Below are positions 10,166 to 19,885 of a DNA stretch of 64,000 nt, one piece after another. The stretch's first letter is position 1. The number at the start of each line of letters is the position of its first letter. Under the pieces are notes generated by a model that did not search any database, was not told where the DNA came from, and worked only from the letters and a program-made list of their open reading frames with translations. Both the position numbers and the translations under genes were made by a program. Source of the stretch: Candidatus Hodarchaeota archaeon (lineage in GTDB: Archaea; Asgardarchaeota; Lokiarchaeia; Sigyniarchaeales; SOKP01); the NCBI GenBank assembly GCA_048886685.1, contig JBHLKM010000008.1, positions 1-64,000 on the forward strand, in the 5' to 3' direction.

Positions 10166-10744
10166 CTATCCCTTCCTTAGTTTCAATTCTATGTGCTTTT
10201 TAATAGCACATTGATTAAGAGAAGTTTTTAGAATTTTTGATTTAGTTTTTAAATCATTTAGTTCTATTCCTTCTTTTTTAATGTGAGCATTACAATCATT
10301 CAAAGCAAGTTCTAAATCGTCTAGTGGGAGTAAGGCTGTGACAATACAAAAAAAACTTTTTGATCTTCCATCGTTAAAATTTTCCAACATTGTCTCAAGA
10401 AAAATAATTCTTTTCTCTTGCTGTTTAATAAAATTTTCTAATCCTATCTTTCTTATTAAATTCAAATTAATAAGAGAAACTCTATGGCAAATAAAGGAAT
10501 CAACTTTATCCCAATCTTTTAATTTTTGACAAGGAAACTCACTACATTCTGCACATGTTTCAAACTTATTGTTTTTGACACAACAAGTTATTATCGAACA
10601 TGAGGGATGCTTATTAAAGAAATCTGGACCACAACATCCTGGACATCTAGAAGGCCCTTTCGTATAATATGTGGGGCATAAACCACAATCTAAACCGCAA
10701 CAAGCGATAGTAGGGTATGTTTTAACGGGGTAATTTCCTTGCAT
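10166..10744 (-). CDS. Cys-rich DUF3795-like protein
   Basis: CCGLDCGLCP...CPGC...CSIITCC...CAECSEFPC; DGRSKSFFC. Confidence 0.8.
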   Translation of the reverse strand: MQGNYPVKTYPTIACCGLDCGLCPTYYTKGPSRCPGCCGPDFFNKHPSCSIITCCVKNNKFETCAECSEFPCQKLKDWDKVDSFICHRVSLINLNLIRKIGLENFIKQQEKRIIFLETMLENFNDGRSKSFFCIVTALLPLDDLELALNDCNAHIKKEGIELNDLKTKSKILKTSLNQCAIKKHIELKLRKG

Positions 10745-10860
10745 TCTTCATATTATTTCTTATAGATTAAGATATTTATACCTAGATTTTAATATATAAA
10801 AGGTTTATAAGAAAAGTATTATAAATATGAAATAATTCTAAGCATTAAAACATTGGAGGT

Positions 10861-13221
10861 ATGAAAATGAAGCCATCTATCTTGAAAAAATTAAATTTAA
10901 TCATTGAAGAAGCTAATACTTTAAAAGACAAGAATAAATTTCAAAAAGCGATAGATAAGTTCGAACAAGCTCTAAATTTCATTAACATTAAAGTCGATGA
11001 GCCTAGTGATAAAAGAATTGAGATTGAAAACATCAGAAATGCGATGAACCAGACTTATTCAGTTGAGATAAATTATGTTATCCAAGAGGCTATTCAACTA
11101 ACAGCTCAAAAGGAGTTTAACCAAGCTAGAACTTGTTTTCAGAAAGCCTTAAAAATTTGTGAGAAAATAGATGATAAAGATCTTAAAGATGCTGAAAAAA
11201 GTGAAATTAATGAGCTTATTAGTGAAATAGACATACAAGAACTATTAATTAAAGGAATTAAATTAAGAGAAGAAGAAAAGGAGTTTGATGAAGCTATTCG
11301 AGTTTTTAATCAAGGAATAACAATTGTCGAAAAAATTCAAGATTCAGATGGTAAAAAAGACCACTTATCTAATATTAAGGAGGAAATTGAAAATACTTAT
11401 AAAGCACAATTTAAACAAATATTACAACAAGGAATAGAATTGAAACAAGCTGGCCAATTCGAAGAGGCAATTAAACTTTTTGAAAAAACTAAAAGGTATA
11501 TTGAAGATGCGTTTCCTTCTGATACAAATAAAAATGAAATAGTTGACATTAAAAATATGTCTAATGAGATATATTCTAATCAGATCAAACCAATTGTCGA
11601 AAAAGCCAATGAATTATTAACTCAGGGTTCAGTTGAAGAAGGAATCTCTGAATTAAAAGATGCTCTAATGATAATAGGAAAGATGTATGATTCTGATTTG
11701 AAAGATCTTGAGATAAGCCTTATTGCAGAGTTAATGAACCCGATCTATATTGAACGTATTAAAATAATTTTAGATGAAGGAATAGAAATTACTAAAAAAG
11801 AAAATTTTAAGGAATCAAATACCTTGATAAACCAGGCTGTTGATGTCTTTGAGAGCGCTTTAGACATAGCGAAAACTATGATAAATTCAGAAAGAAAAGA
11901 TTTGGAAATTAAAAAAATTTGTGATTCAATCAATCAAGCCTGTTTAACAGGAATAAATACCGTTAAAGATAAAGCAATCCAATTAATAGGACAACAAAAA
12001 CATGAAGAAGCGATTAATGAAGTATATATAGCTCTAAGTCTTGCAAAACGTATGACGTATCCGGAGGAAGAGAACGAAAAACTTGAGGAGTTAAAGAATT
12101 TAGTAAACAAAGTCTATTCAGTAGAAATAAAAAAAGTTATAGACCAAGGAAACGAATTAGTAGTGAAGAAGGAGTTTGAGAAGGCAATCAAGGTTTTCAA
12201 TGAAGCGTTGCAACGAACAGATAAAATGTACTTTACTAAAGAAATGGAAAAACAAGTTAATATAATTAAAAGTCTTATTTACGATGCAGAAGTAGGACTT
12301 CTCGTTGGAGAGGGGAAATTAACAGAAGAACAACAAGCAAAGGAAAAAGAGATCGAAAAATTGCAGAAAAGATTAGATTATGCGAAATCAATTGAGGATG
12401 ATAAAAGGAGAGTTGAAGAAATGAATAAAATCAAGAAGTTGATTGATGATATTCATTCTGAAGAAATCAAATTATTAATCGAACAGGGTAATCAATTAGC
12501 AGATAAGAAGACATTCGGAGAAGCTTTTAAGTTTTATGAAAAAGCTCTAAAAGTAAATGAGATGATGGAAGAACCCGATATTAAAAATAAAGATTTAATT
12601 AAAGAAAGCTATAAAAGAGAACTTATCAATAAAGCAAAGATAGAAATTGAAAACGAACAATATGATGTCGCAATTGAAAATGGAAGAAAAGCTGTTGACC
12701 TTGATGAAAGATTTGTAGATGGTTATCATTACATAGGTGTAGCTTATAATTATAAGAAGAAATATGATGCTGCTATAGAAAACCTTAAAAAAGCATTAGA
12801 TTATGATAAAAATCATATTGAATCTTGGAATCTAATTGGATTAGCATATGAAGCTAAAAATGAATATGAAAATGCTTTAGAGTTCTTAACCAAAGCAATA
12901 GAAATTGATCCTAGCTACTCAAATGGTTGGTATAATCTTGGTAATATCTATAAGCAGAAAAATGAATTTGATAAAGCAATTGAAAGTTATACTAGAGCAA
13001 CCGAAATCGATCCCAAATTCGCAAAAGCTTGGTTTTTCATGGGGAGCACTTATTTTGATAAGAAGGATTATAATAACGCAATTATAAATTTAGAAAAATC
13101 AATTCAAATAGATCCCAATCTTGCCAACCTTGCTCAAGAAATAAATCCAATTATCAAAGATCTAAAAAATATTATTGATAAACTCCAAGAAGCTCTTAAA
13201 TTCTCTTTTATTAATAGATAG
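10861..13221 (+). CDS. Tetratricopeptide-repeat protein
   Basis: Canonical C-terminal TPRs (WYNLGNIY...AIESYTRATEIDPKFAKAW); degenerate helical repeats N-terminally. Confidence 0.9.
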   Translation: MKMKPSILKKLNLIIEEANTLKDKNKFQKAIDKFEQALNFINIKVDEPSDKRIEIENIRNAMNQTYSVEINYVIQEAIQLTAQKEFNQARTCFQKALKICEKIDDKDLKDAEKSEINELISEIDIQELLIKGIKLREEEKEFDEAIRVFNQGITIVEKIQDSDGKKDHLSNIKEEIENTYKAQFKQILQQGIELKQAGQFEEAIKLFEKTKRYIEDAFPSDTNKNEIVDIKNMSNEIYSNQIKPIVEKANELLTQGSVEEGISELKDALMIIGKMYDSDLKDLEISLIAELMNPIYIERIKIILDEGIEITKKENFKESNTLINQAVDVFESALDIAKTMINSERKDLEIKKICDSINQACLTGINTVKDKAIQLIGQQKHEEAINEVYIALSLAKRMTYPEEENEKLEELKNLVNKVYSVEIKKVIDQGNELVVKKEFEKAIKVFNEALQRTDKMYFTKEMEKQVNIIKSLIYDAEVGLLVGEGKLTEEQQAKEKEIEKLQKRLDYAKSIEDDKRRVEEMNKIKKLIDDIHSEEIKLLIEQGNQLADKKTFGEAFKFYEKALKVNEMMEEPDIKNKDLIKESYKRELINKAKIEIENEQYDVAIENGRKAVDLDERFVDGYHYIGVAYNYKKKYDAAIENLKKALDYDKNHIESWNLIGLAYEAKNEYENALEFLTKAIEIDPSYSNGWYNLGNIYKQKNEFDKAIESYTRATEIDPKFAKAWFFMGSTYFDKKDYNNAIINLEKSIQIDPNLANLAQEINPIIKDLKNIIDKLQEALKFSFINR

Positions 13222-13588
13222 CAATTTAAAAAAAAGAATAAGAATTAGATTCTAGAATGTTTTGATACAATATCAATTTATCTTTTATATCTATCTAAAT
13301 AATGTTCAATTTTTTCGAATTCAAATAAAAAGTTTGTGATCTAAAACTGAACAATTTTCCATGAATCAAGAAAATCAATAAGAACTCGTTCATCTTTCAT
13401 TCTCCAAAACTCAATTTTTATTGTTTTTAATATTTTTGCTTTATTATTACAAGTGGGAAAATCATGGGGGAACGTTTAAATAAGTGAAATGGTTTTTATT
13501 AATTAATAGTATAAAAAAAACAAATTGAAAAAAGTTTAGAATTTATTGGAATCAAATAAAAATTGTATATAAAGGTGATGTCAAAAAG

Positions 13589-13774
13589 TTGAATAAATTC
13601 CCATGTGGAGTGAAACATAATTTCGATAATGGAGTTATTTTTACCGAAGATAGAAACAAGTATAGTTGGAATTGTAGCAATTGTGAACTCAAGGAAAGTA
13701 TTGAAGCTGGCAAGGGACTTAAAGATATTAAGATAAATCGAAAGGTTGCATGCCCATTACTAACTTATGAATAA
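13589..13774 (+). CDS. Small Cys-containing protein, possibly zinc-binding
   Basis: 61 aa with PCG, CSNC and CP; GGTGA RBS ~10 nt before the TTG start. Confidence 0.5.
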   Translation: MNKFPCGVKHNFDNGVIFTEDRNKYSWNCSNCELKESIEAGKGLKDIKINRKVACPLLTYE

Positions 13775-13863
13775 AAGTTTTTTGAGAAATATATTTTATT
13801 TTATCTTTTTCTAAAGAACATCGAGTTGTTATATATATTATCCTCAATTTCAAAAAGTTAAGC

Positions 13864-15132
13864 TTACATTAACATAGCTCTAAAAAATTTGGGACTTAAT
13901 GTGAGTTTTGAGAGGGCAGGAAGCATTCCAAACCATTTTTCTCCAACATACCTATCATTGCTGGTGCTATGTGTTGAGAGATCATGATTTATGTAAGCTT
14001 CATATATATATTTCCTGCAAGTCCTGTTTTCCATCAAGAGTTTAGTATATAAGAGCCATAGTGATTTCACGGACGAGCTTTCATTATAAATAAGATATTC
14101 CAACGCATTTCCATTCTTGAAATAAGGAAAAAGTACTCGCTTAACTTCCTTATCATATTTTTGTAGCTCAAGACCGCTAAAATTACTTCCACTTTCAAAT
14201 AGGGGTTTAACAGTATCAGAAGCTATATCGGCACATGCCACCCCTGGCAGTAAACCCTCATAAAAGAAGGCAGTTACTATTCCTGCTGCTTCACCAAGAA
14301 CAAGGGTTCGATCACTTGAAAAGCTCTTAATTGGATGTTTAGAAATCTCCCCTACAACCGCACTAGATAAATTGTATGATAACCCATCTACAACTGGTTG
14401 AATAGGTTTATAATTCTTTAATATTCTTTCGAGTTTTGAAATAATCTCTTCTTTAGATTGCCCCTTTTCACCCAAATAACCTGTTGAAATTCTTTCAATT
14501 CCTTTATTAAAGAAGAAAGGTCCATTCCTAGAAATTTTGGGATTAATATGAAAAGTATAATTAATATCTAAATTCTCATTAATTTTATCCTCATCGCCGA
14601 ATAAGTGGAGATAGACACCTGTATAAGAATCTGGAACCCCAAAACCAAGTGATCTTTGTAATTCAAATCCACGTGAACCAGTCGCTAGTGCTAACAATTT
14701 AGTAGAGTAAGATTCTCCCTTATTGTTGATTAATTCTAAATGATCGCTATGTCTATTAATTTTTGATATTTTTTCATTAGTTTTAAAGCTTCCCTCTTGC
14801 TGCTCTAGCTGATTAATTAATTCTCTAATCAGATTTTCTGTATAACTTACATTTCCTAAAGGAATTCCGAATTCTGTTGAATCAAGAATTCCATTATATT
14901 CATCACTCATATAGTTTGATTTAGTATGAGGAGTCGGAAAAATAATTTTATTCTCCCAGTCAATTTCTTCTTCAATGAATGGTTTATTATGCTCTGGAAA
15001 GATGTTTGTTCTTATTGGTATTTCTTTTTGATAATCTTGAGCCTCAACGAGAAGAGTTTTAGCAAATTTCGATACTTTAGACGCAAATGTCGCACCAGCT
15101 ATTCCCGCACCAACAATTATAACATCATACAT
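13864..15132 (-). CDS. NAD(P)/FAD-dependent oxidoreductase, geranylgeranyl reductase-like
   Basis: MYDVIIVGAGIAG dinucleotide fold; LVLGEAAGIVTAFFYEGL (GDAAG...GEG equivalent); start moved to ATG 15132. Confidence 0.75.
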   Translation of the reverse strand: MYDVIIVGAGIAGATFASKVSKFAKTLLVEAQDYQKEIPIRTNIFPEHNKPFIEEEIDWENKIIFPTPHTKSNYMSDEYNGILDSTEFGIPLGNVSYTENLIRELINQLEQQEGSFKTNEKISKINRHSDHLELINNKGESYSTKLLALATGSRGFELQRSLGFGVPDSYTGVYLHLFGDEDKINENLDINYTFHINPKISRNGPFFFNKGIERISTGYLGEKGQSKEEIISKLERILKNYKPIQPVVDGLSYNLSSAVVGEISKHPIKSFSSDRTLVLGEAAGIVTAFFYEGLLPGVACADIASDTVKPLFESGSNFSGLELQKYDKEVKRVLFPYFKNGNALEYLIYNESSSVKSLWLLYTKLLMENRTCRKYIYEAYINHDLSTHSTSNDRYVGEKWFGMLPALSKLTLSPKFFRAMLM

Positions 15133-15352
15133 AAGATTAATACTTTCAAATGAATCAAAATTATTTTTAATAATACTTTTAATATTTTTAATTTTTAGAA
15201 TTGGTTTTTTCAAATCAAAATTACATAATTATTTAGAAAGAGTTAAATCATAAAGATTCATATCAAGTGATACGACTTCATTTTAAAGACTTAAAAGACA
15301 ATAATTAGTATTTAATTAACTTCCTTATTAACAAGAAGTTTTAGTTTAATTA

Positions 15353-16111
15353 TTATATAATATTAATAACTTTATCAGCAATTCTATCTAGATTTACCTC
15401 AGCCATTCCTAAAGGAACAGTTTTATCATATAATACTACAATTAATAAAGGGTCGAGTTTCCAGGGAATATCAATTATTTTGGACACAACTTTTTGCCCA
15501 TTTTCCAAACGAGAGTATATTTCTGGCAATGTTACTGCCCCAACCATGAACCTAATTTCTAATTCCTTTAAAGAATTCACCAATATTTCATTTGGTAGTG
15601 AGGTATAAATTACATTTCCTTTTGTTGAGAGAAGTGCCGCACCAATTATTTCAGTTTCATACATTAAATCTTTAAATACATCAATTACCTTCTTATAGAA
15701 CACCTTACTCGTATAAATTTCTTCTTCACCTGTAATTATCGTATCAACTAATTCGTCAAATTTGGGTTCTTCAATTTGTTGGTAATCTTTCACCTCACTC
15801 GTATCAGGAAATAATTCAAAAAATTCATCAGCTATTCTTGATAATCGGGAACTAACAAAAATGATACTTGCACTTGAATCCGATAAAATGCTAAAGATAA
15901 AATCTTCCCGAACTGTGAAAACAAATCTTAATTCGCTCATTTCTAGTATTTCAGGTGTTTTTTTAGAGATAACGTTCTCAGAAAAGGAAAATATCGCAGA
16001 GAAAAATGGTGTTATTAAATTAACCTCAATATTTTCAAAATCTTTCGTAAAATTTCGATTATATATGCAAACTCCTGTTTTCTTCAAGATAAAGAGTGAA
16101 TGAATTTTCAT
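15353..16111 (-). CDS. Longin-like plus roadblock-like two-domain protein (Asgard eukaryotic-signature type)
   Basis: IHSLFILKKTGVCIYNRNF...LITPFFSAIFSFSE (longin pattern); IIGAALLSTKGNVIYTSLP (roadblock pattern). Confidence 0.7.
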   Translation of the reverse strand: MKIHSLFILKKTGVCIYNRNFTKDFENIEVNLITPFFSAIFSFSENVISKKTPEILEMSELRFVFTVREDFIFSILSDSSASIIFVSSRLSRIADEFFELFPDTSEVKDYQQIEEPKFDELVDTIITGEEEIYTSKVFYKKVIDVFKDLMYETEIIGAALLSTKGNVIYTSLPNEILVNSLKELEIRFMVGAVTLPEIYSRLENGQKVVSKIIDIPWKLDPLLIVVLYDKTVPLGMAEVNLDRIADKVINII

Positions 16112-16372
16112 GAGGTCATTACTCTTGTAAATACTCGTATTAGTAAAACTAAGGTAATACAATCTTTTAAGTATTTTTAATCGATAATTCGGCTTCAATT
16201 TCAGAAAGTAATTTGTTCTCTATTTCAAATCATCTTTAAAATTCGTTCTAATGCCGTAAATTTTTACTTATAATCCAGATGTTTAAATAAAAAATCTTAT
16301 TTCTTTTAATAAAGAAGCTTAAGAATGATTATGCTAAAATAATCCAGATTTCAATTGGACAATGGGATTATA

Positions 16373-16777
16373 ATGTCTGATAATGAATTAGAAAAAATTA
16401 GGCAAAAGAAAGCAGAAATGTTAATAAAGCTCCAAAAAGTACCTAAGGAAATCATAAGCATTAGAAATGAAGATGATATAAAGAGGATATCAAAAGAATT
16501 TGATGATAAAGTAGTTGTAATAGATTTTTGGGCTGTTTGATGCTCTCCTTGTAAATTATATGCTCCAATTTTGGAAAAAATACAACAAGAATACTATCAA
16601 GACTTTATATTTTCCAAAGTCAAGATTGATGAAAATCACATTGTAGCACAGCAGTACGGTATTTCCTCAATTCCTACGACTTTATTCCTAAATGGGGGTC
16701 AGTTTTTACGTAAGATAGTAGGAGTTGTAAACTATGTCGTATTAAAGCAGGTACTCGAAAAATTTAGAGCTGAATAA
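16373..16777 (+). pseudogene. trxA: Thioredoxin interrupted by an in-frame TGA at the active-site Trp
   Basis: IDFWAV-TGA(16538-40)-CSPCKLYAPILEK...YGISSIPT; ORFs 16355 and 16571 are in the same frame. Confidence 0.88.
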
Positions 16778-16835
16778 CTCTTTATTAATTTTTTTTTAAA
16801 TATTTACGAAGATTTATCTAATTTAAAAAAATTTA

Positions 16836-17054
16836 TTACCACGCAAAGTGGTTTAATAGAGCATCATATGGGCATGTATCTTGACAAGCCCCACATTCAA
16901 TGCATTCACTTATATTTTCTGCATTCACCTTACCATCAATGATTTCATAAACTTCTGCGGGACACACATTCACACATTCCCCGGATGCGCGGCATAAATC
17001 CAAGTCCACCTCTACCCAATGATCTTCTTCTTCCCATCTTTTTACATTTGGCAT
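16836..17054 (-). CDS. Ferredoxin, dicluster type
   Basis: CRASGECVNVCP and CIECGACQDTCP; the first motif lacks its second Cys (3Fe-4S-like). Confidence 0.9.
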   Translation of the reverse strand: MPNVKRWEEEDHWVEVDLDLCRASGECVNVCPAEVYEIIDGKVNAENISECIECGACQDTCPYDALLNHFAW

Positions 17055-17215
17055 AATTTAGTGCCTTTTTTAGTTGTATATTATATAACAGACTTAAAAT
17101 CAATAAGTCTTATAATTTTTAGTCTAAAATAATAAATTTAATAATTTGAGTTTAATTACTTCTTTAGAAAAGCGGAGATCTGCTCTTTCAAATAAAATAA
17201 AATAGTGAAGTTATT

Positions 17216-18349
17216 TTGGAGTTAAAAACTCTATTTGGTCCAAAAAAAATAGGTAATGTTCAGATTAAAAATAGAATTGTACGTTCCGCTACTTTTATGT
17301 TTATGGCTGAAAAATATGGATATGTTGGAGAACGTCTTCTTAATATATATGAAGGATTAGCTAAGGGAGGTACAGGATTAATCATTACGGGAGCTGTAGC
17401 AATAGATCCTAGCGCATCGGGAGGGCCTTATCAGGTGTGTTTGTATGATGATTCCCATATGCCAGGTCACAAAAAATTAGTTAATTTAATACATGATAAT
17501 GATGATACCAGAGTTGCTATCCAATTTAATCATTTAGGGCGTCTAGGTTATCATCCTAAATATCCTAATATTGCGCCATCCCCTATTCCTTATAAAGGAA
17601 CGGGAATTGTACCCCAAGAGCTTACAATTGAAGGTGTAAAAGAGGTTGTAAATAATTTTGTAAAAGCAGGTCTAAGAGCATATGAATGTGGATATGACAT
17701 GGTGCAATTACATGCTGCTCATGGTTATTTCCTTAACAGTTTTATATCACCCCATACAAACCTTCGCTCAGATGAGTTTGGAGGCTCTACTCAAGGGAGA
17801 ACAAAAATCTTAATCGATATCCATGATGGAATTAGAGATGAACTCGGGAATCAGTTTCCAATAATAATAAAATTACAATCTCAAGATTTTATCCCAAATG
17901 GTATATCCGAAGAGGAGGGGATCGAAATCGCAAAAATTATATCTGATAGTGGATTTGATGGAATTGAACCGAGTGGTGGTGGGCGTGAGTCTCTTGAATT
18001 CACGAAAAATGCCCTTCCTAGTCAGATAATAAAGAAATTAGAAAATGAGAATTACTTTTTACCATTTGCTAAAAAGATAAAGCCTTTCATGAAAAATTGT
18101 GCCTTAATACTTGTCGGTGGAATTCGAAATCCCTTAATTGCGGAAAAAATTCTTCAGGAAGGAGATGCTGATTTTATATCATTATGTAGACCATTGATTT
18201 ATGAGCCTGAGCTTCCTAATCGTTGGAAGAGTGGTGATTTGACACCTGCTAAATGTATAAGTTGCAATTCCTGCCTAGCAGTAATGGAGAAGGGACCAGT
18301 TTACTGTGTCACTAAAAAAAATTTAGAAATAAGAAATAAAATGGGGTAG
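17216..18349 (+). CDS. NADH:flavin oxidoreductase (Old Yellow Enzyme family)
   Basis: KNRIVRSAT, HAAHGYFLNSFISP, RSDEFGGS, C-terminal CISCNSC...C. Confidence 0.92.
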   Translation: MELKTLFGPKKIGNVQIKNRIVRSATFMFMAEKYGYVGERLLNIYEGLAKGGTGLIITGAVAIDPSASGGPYQVCLYDDSHMPGHKKLVNLIHDNDDTRVAIQFNHLGRLGYHPKYPNIAPSPIPYKGTGIVPQELTIEGVKEVVNNFVKAGLRAYECGYDMVQLHAAHGYFLNSFISPHTNLRSDEFGGSTQGRTKILIDIHDGIRDELGNQFPIIIKLQSQDFIPNGISEEEGIEIAKIISDSGFDGIEPSGGGRESLEFTKNALPSQIIKKLENENYFLPFAKKIKPFMKNCALILVGGIRNPLIAEKILQEGDADFISLCRPLIYEPELPNRWKSGDLTPAKCISCNSCLAVMEKGPVYCVTKKNLEIRNKMG

Positions 18350-18352
18350 AAA

Positions 18353-19264
18353 GTGGAAAAAAGCACTTATTCAGATCATCTTTTTCAATATCGCTCGGTA
18401 GAGAGGAAACGGCTTGTATTATCACTTACAATAACATTAACCGTTATGGTCATAGAAATAATAGGTGGTTTTTTAACCAACAGCATTGCTTTACTAAGTG
18501 ATGCAGGTCATATGTTTACACATTCCTTTGCTATTGGGATAAGTTTATTAGCGAACTTCATTGCAAGGAAACCTCCTTGTCATCATAAGACTTTTGGTTT
18601 ATATCGAGCAGAAGTTCTTGCTGCTTTTATTAATGGTTTATTTCTCATTCCAATCGTAGGTATTATAGTTTTTGAGGCAATAGTTAGATTTTTAAATCCC
18701 CAAGATGTTATTGGATTTTATATGTTAATAGTTGCGTTTATTGGACTCGCAGTAAACATTTCAAGCATTTTGATACTTCAAGGTAGTCGCGATACCAGTC
18801 TTAATGTAAAGAGCGTATTTTATCATATGATTGCTGACGCTGCATCGTCAATCGGAATTGTGATTGCTGCTTTTATTATTATGTCCACTGGATTCGTGAT
18901 TCTTGATCCTATTGTAAGTTTAGGTATTTCTGCTGTTATTATATACTGGGCCTATGGAATATTAAAGGACTCAACTCGCATATTACTTGAAATGGCACCA
19001 AAAGGAATGAATATAGATGCTATTAATGAAGATTTGAAAGCCAAATTTCCAGAAATTAATGAAATTTACGACACTCATCTCTGGACAATCATTCCAGATA
19101 TGCTTATATATTCAACACATATCAAATTAAATAACGATATGGTAACAGATAATCAAGAAGATTTTATTTTAAAAATTAATGAATATTTATCAAATAAATA
19201 CAGAATAATAGAGTCTACTATCCAGATTATGCCAGAAGATGCTGTAGAAGCATGTAATATTTAA
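18353..19264 (+). CDS. czcD: Cation diffusion facilitator (CzcD/ZitB-like Zn/Co/Cd exporter)
   Basis: SIALLSDAGHM, TFGLYRAEVLAA, HMIADA, LDP, HLWTI. Confidence 0.88.
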   Translation: MEKSTYSDHLFQYRSVERKRLVLSLTITLTVMVIEIIGGFLTNSIALLSDAGHMFTHSFAIGISLLANFIARKPPCHHKTFGLYRAEVLAAFINGLFLIPIVGIIVFEAIVRFLNPQDVIGFYMLIVAFIGLAVNISSILILQGSRDTSLNVKSVFYHMIADAASSIGIVIAAFIIMSTGFVILDPIVSLGISAVIIYWAYGILKDSTRILLEMAPKGMNIDAINEDLKAKFPEINEIYDTHLWTIIPDMLIYSTHIKLNNDMVTDNQEDFILKINEYLSNKYRIIESTIQIMPEDAVEACNI

Positions 19265-19354
19265 ATTCGCTAAATTAAAAAAATATAAAATAAACATTTA
19301 AATAATTGCTCATCAAAAATCTATTATTATAAAAATAAACTATTTAAAGAAGGA

Positions 19355-19795
19355 TTGATAATGTCATCAGAAAGGAAAGTTGATCCATTTGCGGCATTAA
19401 TATTAGTATTAAGCATAATAGGAATAATTTTTATAGCTGCTTTAGATTTTGCTGCTTTAGATTACAATGGGGGTGGAACTAGATGGTCTTGTTTAAGTTG
19501 TGAATATGCTACGGCAGGTGATTTGGCAGCACAAGTTTTGATGTTAATTTTATTAATAATTCAAGTAGTTGTGGTTTTAAACGACCTGGTTCCTAATAGG
19601 TTCATCAAAATGGATTTAGACAAAATTGGTATGGGTTTAGCATTCTTGACATTCCTCCTTGCAATTATCGGTATTTCTTCATTCGGAGCAGAATATAGCG
19701 AATTTGAATGGTGGCCTTTGGAAAGTTTCTATGGCAGCATAATCGCTGGACTACTTAACACAATATTGTTCTTTTTAAAAGATAGAAATAAATAA
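19355..19795 (+). CDS. Four-TM membrane protein with CxxC in loop 1
   Basis: Four hydrophobic segments; RWSCLSCE in loop 1; WWPLESFYG before TM4. Confidence 0.75.
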   Translation: MIMSSERKVDPFAALILVLSIIGIIFIAALDFAALDYNGGGTRWSCLSCEYATAGDLAAQVLMLILLIIQVVVVLNDLVPNRFIKMDLDKIGMGLAFLTFLLAIIGISSFGAEYSEFEWWPLESFYGSIIAGLLNTILFFLKDRNK

Positions 19796-19885
19796 AAATT
19801 TTTTCTTCTTTCTTTTTTTACTTTCAAAATTTAAAAGTCTAAGAGAGTGTCAATGAAATATTAAAATAAAAAAAATAAATTAGGT

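Noticed and set aside
16538-16540. Genome-wide UGA=Trp reassignment
   Set aside because: Trp is encoded by TGG throughout, and TGA terminates several intact genes (e.g. those ending at 3302, 29787, 63947).
17165-17190. Small hairpin GAAAAGCGGAGATCTGCTCTTTC in the ferredoxin/OYE intergenic region as an ncRNA or SECIS
   Set aside because: Too short, lacks the SECIS core, and lies beyond a convergent gene relative to the thioredoxin.
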